A stretch of DNA of 64,000 nt from Cladosporium halotolerans. Taxonomy: Eukaryota. Shown piece by piece: positions 45,437 to 58,900 of this stretch; position 1 is the first letter of the stretch; the number at the start of each line of letters is the position of its first letter. The position numbers and the translations under genes were made by a program. Under the pieces are notes generated by a model that worked only from the letters and a program-made list of their open reading frames with translations, did not search any database and had not been told where the DNA came from. The stretch spans positions 1 to 64,000 of the forward strand of contig NW_027191505.1 of the NCBI RefSeq assembly GCF_011745625.1, given 5' to 3'.

Positions 45437-47890
45437 ATGCGCCTCGCATACTACGCCGGTGCCTCCACCGCGGCGGCGGCGGCATGCCTCCTCAAGGCCT
45501 TCCACGAGCGGCCTAACTTCTACAGCGCCACGGTCTACCTCTCTCAGTCGAACGCTTGCCTCTTGATACTTACCAACCTCCTCCTCGTCGGCGCCTGCGC
45601 TTTTATGTTTGCGCTCCAGCGATTGCTCTATGGGCCTCTCCGCCCGATCGAAGTCGAACACCTTAGCGAAAAAGCCTGGTATGCCGTACTCGATACGCTG
45701 CTGGCGATGCCGAGCTTCCGAGAGGACGTCGGGGGCTGGCTCTTGACGATGTTCGTGCTGTTGTTGGCCGGGAAGGTCTGGGGATGGATTGGCGAGGGGA
45801 GAGTGGATATTCTGGAACAACAACCGCCCGCGAACCCACGACTTTTCCATATCAGACTTGCTAGTAGCTTGGTTGTCAGTGTATTATTCAACGCCTGGAT
45901 GGCGTGGTATTGCGTCGAGACGGTCCTCGCGAATCCGAGGCCCGGAATGATGGTCATTTTTACGTTTGAGTTTACGGTGCAGATTGTTCTTGCGACATTT
46001 ACGCTTTTGCGGTATTGTCTGGCGGTGGCAGAGATCAGGGTGGTCAAGCAGCAGACGCAGGAGGCGATCGAGGTGAGGAGGCTGGAGATCAGGGCGGAAA
46101 GAGCTGCGGCGAGACAGAATGAAATGGAGGATGGAACACCGACCCCGGCCTCGCCACTGAACGAGGAGCCGATCGAGGTAGACGAGAACGAGGTGGACGT
46201 GCCTGGATGGGAGGACAAGCGACGCTGGCTCTTTGGATTGGAGGTCACGACGGACTTCATCAAGCTGTTGATCTACGTCGTTTTCCTCACCGTCAGCATT
46301 GCTTTCAACGGACTTCCGATGCATATCATGCGCGACGTCTATTTGACCTTCGCTTCGTTCAAGAAGCGGGTCAACGATTACATGCAGTACCGCAGGGCTA
46401 CGAGCGACATGAATGCAAGATACCCGGATGCAACGACCGAAGAGATCAGAGGAGATGCATGTATCGTCTGCAGAGATACTATGACGGCTTGGGAGCAGAC
46501 CCAGGAGAATGCGCCAGGACAGGCTGCTGGAGAACTTGCACGACCGGCTCCCCGACGAGACGAGGGACTGAGAGCGAAGAAGTTACCCTGTGGACACATC
46601 CTTCACTTAAGGTGTTTGAAGGGCTGGCTGGAGCGACAGCAAGTCTGCCCGACCTGTCGTAGGCCAGTCATCACAGCATCAACGCCAAACGCGCAGGGAC
46701 AGGCTCAGGGTGGCGCCGCGCAAGGTGTCAACCCTGCGGCTCCTGGCGCGCAACAAGCGGCGCAGCAGAATGGCAGACCCGTTAGAGCTAGGTTCTTCAA
46801 TCTGGGCCCGGTCAGAATAGGGTTCGCTAACGGCCCCCCTGGACAAATGAACGATATCGTCAACCAACTACGGAACCCACAAGCTCAGGCGCAAGGTCAA
46901 GCGCAGCAAGCGGGCGCTCAGCAGCCGGCTCCGCAAGGTCCAAATCATCTTGGATTGCAGGAGCCATATCTCCCCCACGCCGGAGCCGTTCCCACTCATG
47001 CTGCGCCGGCTGGCTTGCCTACTTTACCGAGCGCCAGGCCAATGCCCTCGACGCAGACGCAACTCGCGCAGATCGAGCAACGAATCCTGCAGGATGCGCA
47101 GAACCTACAGATCGAGCAGCAGCAAATCGCACTCCTGAGGGCAATGGAGACCGAAGTTGCCAGACTACGAGCGCAGTATGTTCCTAGTCAGCAGCAAGGT
47201 GGCATTGGTCAGCCGCACTTTGCCCCAACCCAGGAGGTGTTGCACGGTGCTGCGGGCGGAGCCATGAGCGCCGGCCACGAGCACTTACCGTCAGGAATGG
47301 TGCTACCAGAGGGATGGTCTGTGATGCCTCTCCAGAGGCAAGATGGTGTGAACACCATGCCCATGCCCACTGCAGCAGCGCCCCCGATGGGCCCTTCATT
47401 ATCTCAGTTACCTGGTTTCGGTGCGGCCGCACAGCCTTCTCAGAGCGTGCAAAATGGGCAGGCTAGAGAAGCCACTCCTGCAGACAACTCCCGCGGCCGT
47501 GAACCTGCTACATCGACGCAGGGCACAGGAGAGCCAGAAGCTGCGCCCTCACAACCTGCTGTTGGGCCTACCGATGAAAGAGGCTCACCGCTATTCATCC
47601 CGGCGGCGCCAGCCGAACCTGCCCGCGCCCCATCACCTCTGCCCGCACCAGCTCAACCACAGCCGTCTGAAAGCAAGACCGAGAATCCAGCTCCACAGGC
47701 GCCCTGGGGCGCTAATAGCTGGAATTTCGACGGCCCAACTTCGAACGAGACTGCTGAGACCTCTATTGCTTCGGCTTCCGCAGAAACGAAATTGAAGCAG
47801 CAGGATGACGACGAGTCAAGAGATTCGTATGCTGGAAAGGGCAAAGGGCGCGCGGTCGAGGTTGAAGATGCGCCGGATCAGGACGCTTGA
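45437..47890 (+). CDS. HRD1: ERAD E3 ubiquitin ligase Hrd1
   Basis: [29 protein letters not shown], transmembrane helices, RING-H2 [29 protein letters not shown]. Confidence 0.96.
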   Translation: MRLAYYAGASTAAAAACLLKAFHERPNFYSATVYLSQSNACLLILTNLLLVGACAFMFALQRLLYGPLRPIEVEHLSEKAWYAVLDTLLAMPSFREDVGGWLLTMFVLLLAGKVWGWIGEGRVDILEQQPPANPRLFHIRLASSLVVSVLFNAWMAWYCVETVLANPRPGMMVIFTFEFTVQIVLATFTLLRYCLAVAEIRVVKQQTQEAIEVRRLEIRAERAAARQNEMEDGTPTPASPLNEEPIEVDENEVDVPGWEDKRRWLFGLEVTTDFIKLLIYVVFLTVSIAFNGLPMHIMRDVYLTFASFKKRVNDYMQYRRATSDMNARYPDATTEEIRGDACIVCRDTMTAWEQTQENAPGQAAGELARPAPRRDEGLRAKKLPCGHILHLRCLKGWLERQQVCPTCRRPVITASTPNAQGQAQGGAAQGVNPAAPGAQQAAQQNGRPVRARFFNLGPVRIGFANGPPGQMNDIVNQLRNPQAQAQGQAQQAGAQQPAPQGPNHLGLQEPYLPHAGAVPTHAAPAGLPTLPSARPMPSTQTQLAQIEQRILQDAQNLQIEQQQIALLRAMETEVARLRAQYVPSQQQGGIGQPHFAPTQEVLHGAAGGAMSAGHEHLPSGMVLPEGWSVMPLQRQDGVNTMPMPTAAAPPMGPSLSQLPGFGAAAQPSQSVQNGQAREATPADNSRGREPATSTQGTGEPEAAPSQPAVGPTDERGSPLFIPAAPAEPARAPSPLPAPAQPQPSESKTENPAPQAPWGANSWNFDGPTSNETAETSIASASAETKLKQQDDDESRDSYAGKGKGRAVEVEDAPDQDA

Positions 47891-48246
47891 TACGAATTAC
47901 TAGAGATACCATTGCTGTTGTAACATGTTGCCTTTTCTGCCTGCGTCCGTTCCTTCGCGTGTTTGAGATTCGCGGACCCGGTTGCAAGCAAGCTTCGTAC
48001 GAGCGTGAAGTGAATGCAACGCAACGTACATTATCCGAGCTGTGATGTGCTGGGTCTGGGAGAGAACGTATACGAAGCCTTGAAACATGCACTAAACGAG
48101 ACTCGTTGTGCAATCACAGCCGCTGTCCTCTGAATTATCTACAGACCGTGCGAGTACAGTTATAATCAAGTTGTGCAGAATGCAGATACGTCAGCTTTCG
48201 CTACTGCCCTTCACTCTCCCGGCCCTAGTCGCGGCCGCCACGACGC

Positions 48247-50151
48247 TTAACACTTCATATTAATGCCCCTTCTCTTCTCTGCCTCTCGCCATTCGAACAT
48301 GACTTGCGCGCCGACAAACAGCGTCGCGCAAGCCGCCAGCAAGAATGCCCGTCCGCCCCACGAGTCCACAATGCCTTCCACTAATCCCTTCAGCCCGTCA
48401 ACTCCCACCGCGAAGCCTACCAGATTCGCCGCCATCATCATCAATATGTTCCCCGCTGCGCCTATCCCACAGAGCACGCGGTACGTTTCCGGATGGGCTT
48501 GCCACTTCTTAGCCGGGAACGCCATGGTCGCGAGCACTTCCGGCAGCACGAACAGCGTGATCAGCCAGCCCCAGACGAGTAGTCGGAGATTGATGTCGTG
48601 CCACAACGCGACGAAGGTGAAAACCGCAAGGAAGTTGAGGATGGCGCGTGCTTTGCTGCCTCGCGAGCCGCCCAGCGGAATGTAGATGTAGCGTGTGACC
48701 CAGCGGTTGAAGCTGCGGTGCCAGCCGCGCCAGAAGGCGAGAGCGGAGTAGTTGTCACTCATGCAGCGCACCATGTTTTCGGGTGGGTCGATGCCGTCGA
48801 GGAGGGACCAGAGGCGGAAGAAGCGCCATGGCAAGAGGAGCTTAAGCCAGATGACGTGCAGGTTGAAGTAGCCTAGCATGCTCAATTGCATTGGTGTGTA
48901 TTGCGACCAGGAGGGAGAGGACTTGCTGATTGCCACAGCATAGAGGAAGTGCAAGACAACTTCCATCGTTAAGAGGCAGATGAGGAAACGCAGGGCGTAG
49001 AGCGCGGTCCGCGAAGGATTGATTGAGGGTAGCTGGTGGCGTTGTTGGTAGATATAGTCGTTGAAGGTGAGGATGGGGCCTGCGAGGTACAACGGCGAGT
49101 AGAGGATGTAGGCGAGGTAGTTGCGGAAGCTGAAGTCGGAGGCCGCTGGCGGAGTATCGATTCGTTCGCGCTCGGTGTAGTTGGTGGGATCGAGGTTCTT
49201 CTTCTGAAGTGCGTTAGTTTCGTTGGTGATTTGGTGGCGGGGACGGTGAACTTACCTCGACGGGGCTCATGGCTCTACGGTCGAGGCTCCAATAGTAATC
49301 GAAGTTGAAGCTGATAAGGCGCAGGACACACACGTTGAACAGGATCTCCCATCTCGGTATCAGTCCACCATAGCTGTCGAGCCAATGCCCCCAATTGCTC
49401 GGCGTCTCACCAGCGGCGGTGGTCTGGGGCGGGAGGATTAAAGATGCAATGCTGGCAAATGGATAGCCGTGGCAAAGCTCGTTTGCAAAGAGAATTGCAA
49501 TATTGAAGATCCAGGTGGCAGCCGGAACGTACTGACGTGGCAAGGCTGTTGCGACTTGGTAATTGAGGTAGAGGATTATGAAGACTTTTGCAGCTGAGAG
49601 ACCATGCAGTGCCAATAGAAATATGCCGGCGAAGACAAGGTCGAATCGAATCCTCGACTCTTTGCGTGCTTCGACTGCAGACGAACTTGCGACTTCATTC
49701 TTGGAAGTGGGCCCTCCGGAGCTCGTTGCGGCCTCTGAGGGATTCTGTCTCACCGGTCAGAAGACGAATACAGACAATGAGATCTAAATCTTACTGCAAG
49801 TCTTTCGTACGCTTTCCTCAATAACGGATGCAATATAACAACCAAGGCCATGTAAGGGATGTTGTCACGAAACGAGCGATACTGGGCATCGGAGTTGTCT
49901 ACTTTGCGTCCTGGAATCCATCCGGGTTCAAGTAGATGCTCATAGTTCTTGTAACTCGGATGCCATGGGCCAGATACATCATATACAGACTTGACCATCA
50001 AAAAGGGGATGGTCAGGAAGCAGAGGTAGTAGAAGTAATACTCCGGGGTTTTCCATTTCGACGGCTGAGCATCTGGTAACCGTTGGCCGGTCTTCGAGGC
50101 GAAACGAGTGTCCAGCGTCTCGACCTTATAGAGCTGCCCCAAGAAGCCCAT
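48247..50151 (-). CDS. GUP1: MBOAT O-acyltransferase Gup1; introns 49745-49794 and 49204-49255
   Basis: GWIPGRKVDNSDAQYRSFRDN, LRLISFNFDYYW, YLAGPILTFNDY, FWRGWHRSFNRW, FVALWHD. Confidence 0.95.
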
Positions 50152-50410
50152 CGTCGCCGAGTGTCGCGTGCTGTCGTCTAGTCGACGTTGCACCTCGCCC
50201 TGCCCGCCTCCAAACTGACCCGATGGACGCGAACGGGAACTCCCGCCGCTTCTGCCAGGCGCGACCGACGCGCCGTCGTCTCTTGCGCCGCGAACTCTCG
50301 CCAACCACAATTCACTCACCACCCAATTGCAGCTGCACCAAATATACTGAGGAACCGGAGTCTGGCGTTTCTGCTTCCGAACACCCTCGCGACAACATTG
50401 CGACGGCAAG

Positions 50411-51997
50411 ATGGCGACAATCCCTCCCACTCAGGCTCCCGGCACCGCCGAATACGCTGGTGGTATGCGCCTCGACCTTCACATGGTAGCTTAGCCGGAC
50501 ATTGACTGATACCTTAATCTAGATGAAATCGGTGCTCTCGTGCTGGACCCGGGTAGCCATTCTACGCGCGCTGGCTTTGCAGGAGAGGACACCCCCAAAT
50601 CAGTAGTCCCGACACATTACGGCGTCCTGCCCACCGGCGAGCGCTTGTTTGGCGATAATGCGATACATCTACCCAAGGCCGACCTTGAAATCAAAAACCC
50701 TTACAATTCGGATGGAATTGTCGAGGACTGGGAGACTGCTGCGAAGCTCTGGGAATATACCATCACATCACGACTCACCGGCGCGCGGCAAACCCCGCCC
50801 AGCAAGAATGGGCTGAACGATGCTAAGGACGAGAACGGCGACACGAATATGGACGAGGGTATGGAGCAACTGGAGGAGCAAGAGAAGCCTTTGCAGGAAT
50901 TCCCTCTTCTAATGAGTGAGCCTGCCTGGAACCCGGCGAAGGAAAGACAGAAGACGATTGAGATTGCGATGGAGGAATGGGGAGTGCCTGCGTTCTTCCT
51001 TGCTAAGAACGGACAACTTGCAGCGTGCGTCAGGACACCAAGAAAGATTGGTAAGAATTCCGCTGACGATCGACAGATATTCACAAAGCAAAGCGACAGC
51101 TCTGGTGGTTGACATCGGAGCATTGAACACATCAGTGACTGCGCTTTGGGACGGCATGGTATTACAAAAGAGTAAGTCTGCCTCATCATCAGAGTTTTCG
51201 GTATTGCTTTGTTGACATTCACGGAAGGCTTGCAACATACACCGCTTGCCGGCAACTGGCTGAACGACCAAATCCGCATCATGTTTGCGAACAACCAGCC
51301 GCCCGTACCGCTGGTGCCACACTACATGGTCAAATCGAAAACACCCGTGGATGCCAACGCACCCAGCTCAGCAACATACGTACACTTCGACAAGCCGCCC
51401 ACCGATTCATTCCGCAAGCTCGAGGAAGAGCGCGTCCTCACATCCTTCAAGGAGAGCGTAGTCCAAGTATGGCAAGGCCCGGGACGTCTCGACTCGCCTG
51501 CAAGCCAGGGCGGCGTCACGAATGGTGATTACGTCAAGAGCATGCCTCCCAAGCCTTTCGAGATGCCCGACGGATGGAACACAGTCTTCGGCCTTGAGCG
51601 CTTCAAGGTTGCCGAAGGCCTCTTCGATCACAACGCAGCTTACACCGACGACAAGACCAAGAAGCCCAGCGGCGAGCAAACAATCATCTCCGTCGTCAAC
51701 AAAGCACTGCAAGCCGTCGACGTCGACGCCAGGCCCGTGTTGCTTAACAACATCATCCTGACTGGCGCGGGCTCTCTGATCGACAAGCTCCCAGAACGCC
51801 TGCAGGCGGACATCCAGGCCATGTACCCCAACCCTAGGGTCCGTGTCCTGGCCAACTCGAACAGTGTGGAACGTAAATATGGCGCCTTCGTCGGTGGCAG
51901 CGTCCTGGCCAGTCTTGGCAGCTTTCACCAGATGTGGGTCAGCAAGGAGGAATATGCGGAACACGGTGCGCAGATCGTGGACAAACGCTGCAAGTAA
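50411..51997 (+). CDS. ARP4: Actin-related protein 4; introns 50463-50522, 51025-51076, 51172-51227
   Basis: Spliced [80 protein letters not shown]. Confidence 0.93.
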
Positions 51998-53289
51998 GAG
52001 CTGTCGCTACGCGTAGGAAAATTGGTAAAAGCAGCACTGCAAGACACCCTTAGCGTAGTACGACCTTGATAATTTCAACGCCCCTGTTCACGATATTCAG
52101 ATCGTCACCTTGATCTGTGGCTCTTAACCTTTTCACCTTGGCCCAATAACCTGAGCCACGTCTGTCCGCCCTTGGTGCCATGCCACTGCTAGGCACTATC
52201 AGCTCGCTTGTCTTATTCACCCTCAGACACAAGCCCGAATGCACAGTCTAGATTCCCTGGTGAGGCGAAGGATTCACGAGCGCGACATCATCGTACATCC
52301 TTCGCGAGGTTGAAAATCTGACACCGGTGATATGTAAGCGACCATTCTGCACATATGATCGGGACGCACACATGATTGCGACTCGTAGCAGCTTAATCAA
52401 TAATTTTTCAACAAAGTTATCCATATTACCTGAATGCCTACAATGTCGCTCGCGAACTATGCAATATCCATCCCACCATTGGCCATGATCTGCTCTACCT
52501 GGTCCTGTCTGGATGAAGCGGGCGGCCGTTGGAATTGGACTGTCATCGAGAAGAAGTATGGATGATATATTATCGAGAATGAGGGTTTGGTTGCTATGGT
52601 TTGCGATGATGGCTTGAGTGCCGAGATCGAGGAGTACGAGAGGGCTAATGGGCTGTTTGCTGAGGAGTGCGAGGGGACGGTAGCAGACGGAGAAGGACAC
52701 GAGGGTGGGGCGGTGGTTCAGCAGAGCTGATCGAGGCCCCTCGTCATGGACTGCTACTGAAATGTTTGATCCGGTCTCAATGTGGGTAGCTGGATAGTCG
52801 TCGGTAACCAGGCTTTCTTTCTTCGATACCCCATCTAAGGGCTCTTGAGCGGGACGACCGACTTCGAGATATCACGAATGTCCTTCGACAATGAAATCTC
52901 TAGGCCTGTCCACAAGCATTTTGCAATGCCTCCGCCGACTTGTGTGCGACTTTACCGCACAGTGGTAACCGTGCAAGAGGAAGGGGCACGGAGGATGGCG
53001 TTCCGTTCCCGTCGATGGATCTCCGACCAATCTATCTCATACAAGCATTGGATTACCCGGCTTGCGCGGACCTAGCAAGAATGGTTTGCCGTCGCTCGAA
53101 CGACCTCCGAAGTTCAAGCCAAATGCGGTGCAAATCGCTTCGGTCCATCGGTCCGTATCGTCCTCGAGGCTGCGCCACATGGATGGCTTCCGTGTCGCTC
53201 GTTTATATAGCCTTGCTCGAGACTGAAAATCACTGTCAAAGTTCCCTGAGTTCCTCTTTGAAGACTGCTCGGATTCCTGTTGCCTGATA

Positions 53290-54209
53290 ATGCGAGCTTT
53301 TCTGATATCGCTCGCCCTTGTGGCACTTCCTGCGGCTTTCGCTCAGCAGTCCGTCTGGGGTCAATGTGAGGCCGCCATACAGAAGGCACACGGTAATGAC
53401 TGATCGCATTCCTAGGCGGCGGTATGGGCTGGTCTGGTCCGACCATCTGTGCCTCCGGAAGTGTCTGCGTTTTTCTGAACAACCGTTTTTCTGAACAACT
53501 ATCACTCACAATGTCAACCGGTATCCGCAACGCCGAACTCCACAACCCTTCGCACGAGTCTAACGAGCAGCTCCTCAACCACTCAGCGCACCACTGCCGG
53601 GACTGTGACAACGACCACGCCGACCCGGACGACATCCAGCCCATCCCGCACCACTACAGGCGCCACTGTTTCAGGCTCAGGTCCTGGCTCTACCCTTCAG
53701 CCCGGCTACTCCTGGATCCGCGCCGTCGCCGCCCCAAACTACCACAAGTACCTGCAGACTTCACCGCTGAACGCCTCTCCCGGCCGCGCCATCCTCGCCG
53801 ACAACAAGTCCGCCGGCCAATACAAGCTTCTGGACGGCCAGCTTGTCGAGCTGATCGATAAGACCGGCACGGTCTTGTACGCCAACGTCGGCGAGCAGCC
53901 GAACGCTTCGGCGACGTATTTGCCGGTCACTTTTACGACCACCAAGAATACTTTTGGCAAGTTTGCGTTTCAGGGCGATACGCTGACGTGGAGCGCTGAA
54001 GGCACCAAGAGGCCGAACGTGGCGGCCTGGTATGTTTGCGAGGGTAAGAGTTTGTGGATCAATTTGGGCGCGTATCTCTATGGGATGCCGGCGGGGTGTG
54101 CAGATCAGACGGTAAGCGTTCTGTCTGGCTATTGGGAGGCTGAAAACGGTTTGATTGGTGCTAATACTTGCAGATTCATTCGTATGGCAATTCGATTGCT
54201 GATGCGTAG
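53290..54209 (+). pseudogene. Secreted CBM1 + Ser/Thr linker + domain of unknown function, frameshifted in this sequence; introns 53366-53415 and 54112-54173
   Basis: Signal peptide MRAFLISLALVALPAAFA, CBM1 QQSVWGQCGGMGWSGPTICASGSVC. A 16-bp duplication at 53468-53499 moves the CBM1 end (YHSQCQP) into another frame. Confidence 0.85.
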
Positions 54210-54316
54210 GCATGTGGGGATCTGCGGGGCGATGGAAACGCATGCGGTCGGTCCCTTTGATGGGATTAAGAGAGGAGTTGATTGCTGCTCTGATTTCTGT
54301 ATAGAGCGCTTTAGTG

Positions 54317-55726
54317 TTACGCTTTTGCCTTCTTTTCGCCCTCTTTCGCCAATTGCATGGTAAGATATTGTTCAAGAAGCGTACGAGTCCTCTCAGCCTC
54401 AATCCCCAAATTCCTTTCCCGCCAAAGCTCGAAGATGCCAAAGACCACCTCGATACTAATGAGACCGATGATCAGCCACTCCAAGCCTGTGGAATGCTTC
54501 TCGCTCAGCCTTTCCCGCAGCACGGCTGCAATCTCGCTAGCGTAGTCCATCTTCTCGTTCAACACTTTGATCCTAACGCCGACGTCCAGAGCTTTGCCAA
54601 GGCTCTCATAGTAGCTCTCGAGCCCCAGGTTGTGTGGCGAGTCCCAAAAAAGATCGGGGAGGGAGTCTGTAAGCTCGGAGTAGAGGTTCAGCTGCGCGCG
54701 AATGCTGAGGAGCTCGCCGGTCTTGCGCAAGATGAATTGGCGTGTGAAGCGGAGCGGTGAGCCGGCGGAAAGGGTTGTGGGGATTTGTCGTGTGGTTTGG
54801 AAGTAGTGCGCGAGAGCGTTTTCGAGGACAGCAAGTTTTGTAGACCGCGCGAGAGCGGACGAGTATGCGATCTTGGCTAGTATTGCGTCGGTCTCGTGGT
54901 GAGGTGGAGTATCAGGGTCAGAGGTCGCAGCAGCAGACTCTGCGTGATGGTGGTAATGATGGTGGTCTTCTGAGGGTTTCGTGCCCAAGACTATGGTGTC
55001 GCCTACAATTACGGAGGAATCGCGGGTGCCATCTTCCAGGTACTCAAAATCTTCCACCTCGACCTGATGCGGATTTTCAGCAGCTTGGCGAATAATGCGT
55101 GTCACGATGTTCCTGCCAATGTGCTCCTGGACATTCCAAGTGACTACACTGCCAGAAGGGAAGACGAAGACATCACCGATGCCTTGCTCCCTCTTTTCCC
55201 CCGTCTCCTCGTCTTTCGCGATAAAATTTGGGGTCTGAACATGCAGCACTTGCGGAAACAGATCTGTCTTCAATGGGTCCGGCTGGAAGCCTTCTTGCAC
55301 GAGCAGACGGCGGGCGGCCGAGATATTGTACGTTTCTGCGGCACAGTACGCCGTAACTTCTCTCGTCTCTGCTACGGGGTCTACGTGTCTCTTCTTGCCT
55401 TTTCCCTTGACCAAGCCGTCCCTCGACCTCTGCGCCTCCACCGCGACTCGTCGCAAAGACGTCGAGGCTGCTTGCGAACGGGCGCTCTTCCGCTTGGACT
55501 CTTTCTTGGGCGGCTCATGGGCGTCTTGACGCAGAGGCTTGTAGGAAGTGAAGTGGTTTCTGGGGAGTTTGCGGCTTCGTGCTGCTTGCGAGGCGAGCGA
55601 CTGATGCCCAGGTCGGAGATGGTTGGCGGGCTGGTGTCGAGCAGAGCTTCGTGCGGCGGTCAGTGTCGTGAGGCTTCTCCTACAGATGCTGCCGAACGCG
55701 ATCCATGTCGCGGCTCTATGGGACAT
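54317..55726 (-). CDS. RMND1/Rmd1-family DUF155 mitochondrial protein (MRX10-like)
   Basis: Presequence, TAYCAAETY, VFVFPSGSVVTWN, SSALARSTKL..LE, PDLFWD, LDVGVRIKVLNEKMDY, LEWLIIGLISIEV. Confidence 0.88.
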   Translation of the reverse strand: MSHRAATWIAFGSICRRSLTTLTAARSSARHQPANHLRPGHQSLASQAARSRKLPRNHFTSYKPLRQDAHEPPKKESKRKSARSQAASTSLRRVAVEAQRSRDGLVKGKGKKRHVDPVAETREVTAYCAAETYNISAARRLLVQEGFQPDPLKTDLFPQVLHVQTPNFIAKDEETGEKREQGIGDVFVFPSGSVVTWNVQEHIGRNIVTRIIRQAAENPHQVEVEDFEYLEDGTRDSSVIVGDTIVLGTKPSEDHHHYHHHAESAAATSDPDTPPHHETDAILAKIAYSSALARSTKLAVLENALAHYFQTTRQIPTTLSAGSPLRFTRQFILRKTGELLSIRAQLNLYSELTDSLPDLFWDSPHNLGLESYYESLGKALDVGVRIKVLNEKMDYASEIAAVLRERLSEKHSTGLEWLIIGLISIEVVFGIFELWRERNLGIEAERTRTLLEQYLTMQLAKEGEKKAKA

Positions 55727-55991
55727 TGCGACTGACGGCCCGTGTACGCGGTAGTCGGTTCAGGGCGTGGTGGTCTGGGAGTGCTCTGGTCAAGAAGCTT
55801 CACCGTCGATCTGCAGCAGCAGCTGCCCTCGAGCCTCGCACGCCTCGGCCAGCCAGCTGCGGCTTGACATCACCCACCCGACAACGCCGTTTCCACCACC
55901 AGCGAACTGGCACCAGACAGCTCCACCACAAGCGCATCGCCGCAACACCTCGCACTGCACTCCGCCTGGAGCAGCCCTCGATGCCTACAGC

Positions 55992-58900
55992 ATGTCTGCG
56001 GACCCTCAGGCAGCTGCCTCAGGACCCAACCCGGACGACCCTCCCCACCACCAGCAACAACAGCCAGTGCCGGAGAATGAAGGCCAGCCTGAAGCGCAAT
56101 CAGACGAGGAGGACGAGGATGAGGAGGAAGATGAGCCGAAGCTGAAGTATGCGAAGCTGACCGGCAGCCTGGCCGGCGTGTACAGGAATGGCGACTTCAC
56201 TTCCGCTTTCTGTGTGGCCGGCGACAAGATGGTCATGGGGACGCAGGACGGAAACATTCATGCCCTGTCTTTGCCCTCCATGGAGATACTAAGGACATAC
56301 CACGCCCACTCAGCGAGCATTACGAGTTGCTCTGTCTCTCCGATCCCGCCTCCGCCAACGCTTACACGCACGCCGGACGGCAACGCGTTCTTGGGATCGC
56401 AGACGCCGCCAGAGAAAGCGCAATCGATCAGATCGAGCACGACCAGTACCCAGAGGAATGCTCGCCCACCACAATCCGTCGTTCCGAATGTCCCCACCAA
56501 CCAGATCTACATCGCGACGTCTTCCATCGACGGCCATGTATGCGTTTCCTCGCTGGTCGACCCCAAAGACGTGCAATTGCGCAACTTTGCGCGGCCGGTG
56601 CAAGCAGTCGCACTATCGCCAGATTACAAGACAGACCGCACATATCTCTCAGGTGGGCGCGCGGGCCATCTTATTCTCACCGTGGGAGGAAAGTCCGGAG
56701 TCAGCGCAGACGCAAATACCAACAGCACGGCTGCAGCAGCTTCTGGGTGGCTTGGAAGTATGGGCTTGGGGGGTAACAATGGAAAAGATACCATCCTGCA
56801 TCAGGGCGAAGGCACTATTAGCACAATCAAGTGGAGTCGCAGTGGAAAGTGGGTGGTTTGGGTGAACGAGGAGGGCATCAAAATCATGCGATCGCATCTA
56901 CGTTTGAACAGCGAGGCGAGTGAGGATGCTTGGAAACGTATCGCACATGCTTCGAAACCGAATCGCAAGAGTTGGGAAGATATGGCTGGTGTGTGGAAAG
57001 CAAGGGCCGAATGGATCGACGACCGGCTCTTGGAAAGCGACGATTTGAGCTCTCCTCCGGAAGCAGAGAGGACACTTAACGGTAATGTTAACGGCACACC
57101 TAAAATGAAGAAACGCGAGAAGAAGTTTGAGAAGCTTGTCGTCGGATGGGGAGACACGACTTGGGTGATGCATGTGCACGAAGGTGGCACGATAGCATCC
57201 GGGAAGCATGCTGGAGAGAGACAAGTTGGAAGCGCCGACATTATTCACAAGCTCCAATTCCGAGATTGTATTGTCTCTGGGCTCTCGTTGTATACCCCTT
57301 CGATGTTGGCTATCCTCGCTTATCGAACACGCGACGACGACGACAATCCAATTCACACAACGATGGACAACGACGCACCTAAAAAGGGTAGACAGCACAA
57401 GCACACCAGTCTCGCTCCCCAGCTGAGGCTTGTCAATGTCAAAGACGGCGAAGAAGTAGACCTGGATGAACTAAGCGTGAGCCGATTTGAGACTCTCAGC
57501 GCGCAAGACTATCACCTCGGGACGCTGTATATCCCTCCGCCGATGCCCGAGAAGGCAACAAAGGAGCAAAGAGGCGCGCTTGAAAGTCTGTGGGAAATCT
57601 CGGGTGGTGGCTATGCCAGCCGAATGTTCTCCACCAGTGCAAATATGCTTACCCGATCTGACAGCGCGAAGGACGAGAATGGCAAAGCAGGGTTCTCTTC
57701 GCCGAGGAGCGGCAGTATACAAGGCGTCACGCCTACACCATCCAGGGTGAGGGCTCTTGATGCTCACCCGTACACTGCTGAGCCGGGCTTGAAATTGTTC
57801 ATACAGAGTCCTTTCGACTGCGTCCTTGCAGTCAAGCGGGACTTGAGCGATCATCTGAATTGGCTACTTGAACATCAGCAATATCGACAGGCTTGGGAGC
57901 TTCTAGACAACAATCCTGAGATTCTTGACACGTCGACGGCAGACCGCAAATCCCTGGGCTCTACCGCGGAAAGCTCGTCGCAAACTCAAAAAGGCAGCCT
58001 CGCAGACTTCTTTGCAGATACCGACTCTACCACCACTATTTCCGCCGCGCGTTCGAAGGATGGCGTGGCGGCCAAGGAGAAGAGACGGATCGGAGATCTC
58101 TGGCTGGGGAAGCTTGTCACTGCAGACCGATGGGCGGAAGCTGGCAAGGCAGCGAGTCAAGTCCTGGAGGGGAGCGCGAGATGGGAGCATTGGGTGTTCA
58201 CCTTTGCGCAAGCCGACAAGTTCGACGAGATCACGCCCTACGTTCCGAAACGAATGCTCAAACCGCCCCTTCCAAGCGAAGTATACGAGATCATACTTGG
58301 CCACTACATTGTAATCGATCCTCCCCGACTTGAAGCATTGCTAGACGAATGGGAGGTGGACCTGTTCGACGTCAACAGTGTAATTACAGCAATTGAAAGC
58401 CGATTGCGGAGCCGAGACGTCAGCGAGCAGAGCACACAAGATGGTGTTCAGGGCCGAGACTGGCGGATCTTGCTGGAAGCGCTCGCCAAACTCTACCTCG
58501 CGAACGCTCAGCCCCGAGAAGCGTTACGCTGCTTCATTCTGACCCAGAACGCCGATGCGGCTATGAACCTCATTCGTGATGAGAAGATCGCCGAGACGCT
58601 TGCAGATGACATTCCAGGTTTCATCTCGCTCAAGGTCAGCAAGGAGCAGATGCGGTCGGCTTCTTTGAGCGAGCTTGAGGAGCTCAGCACGGAGCCTGTG
58701 GCGCTCCTAGTTGAAGAAGCCCTACGCGGAAGCATACCACCTGTGACTGTCATCCAGCAGCTTAAAGAGAAGGGCGGAAGCATGCAGATGTTCCTCTACT
58801 TCTACCTTCGAGCGCTGTGGCATGGTGGCTCGAAGGCCGAACAGGAGAAGGCACCACGGCGAAAATTTCACATCCGAATCGACGAAGGGCATGCAATGGT

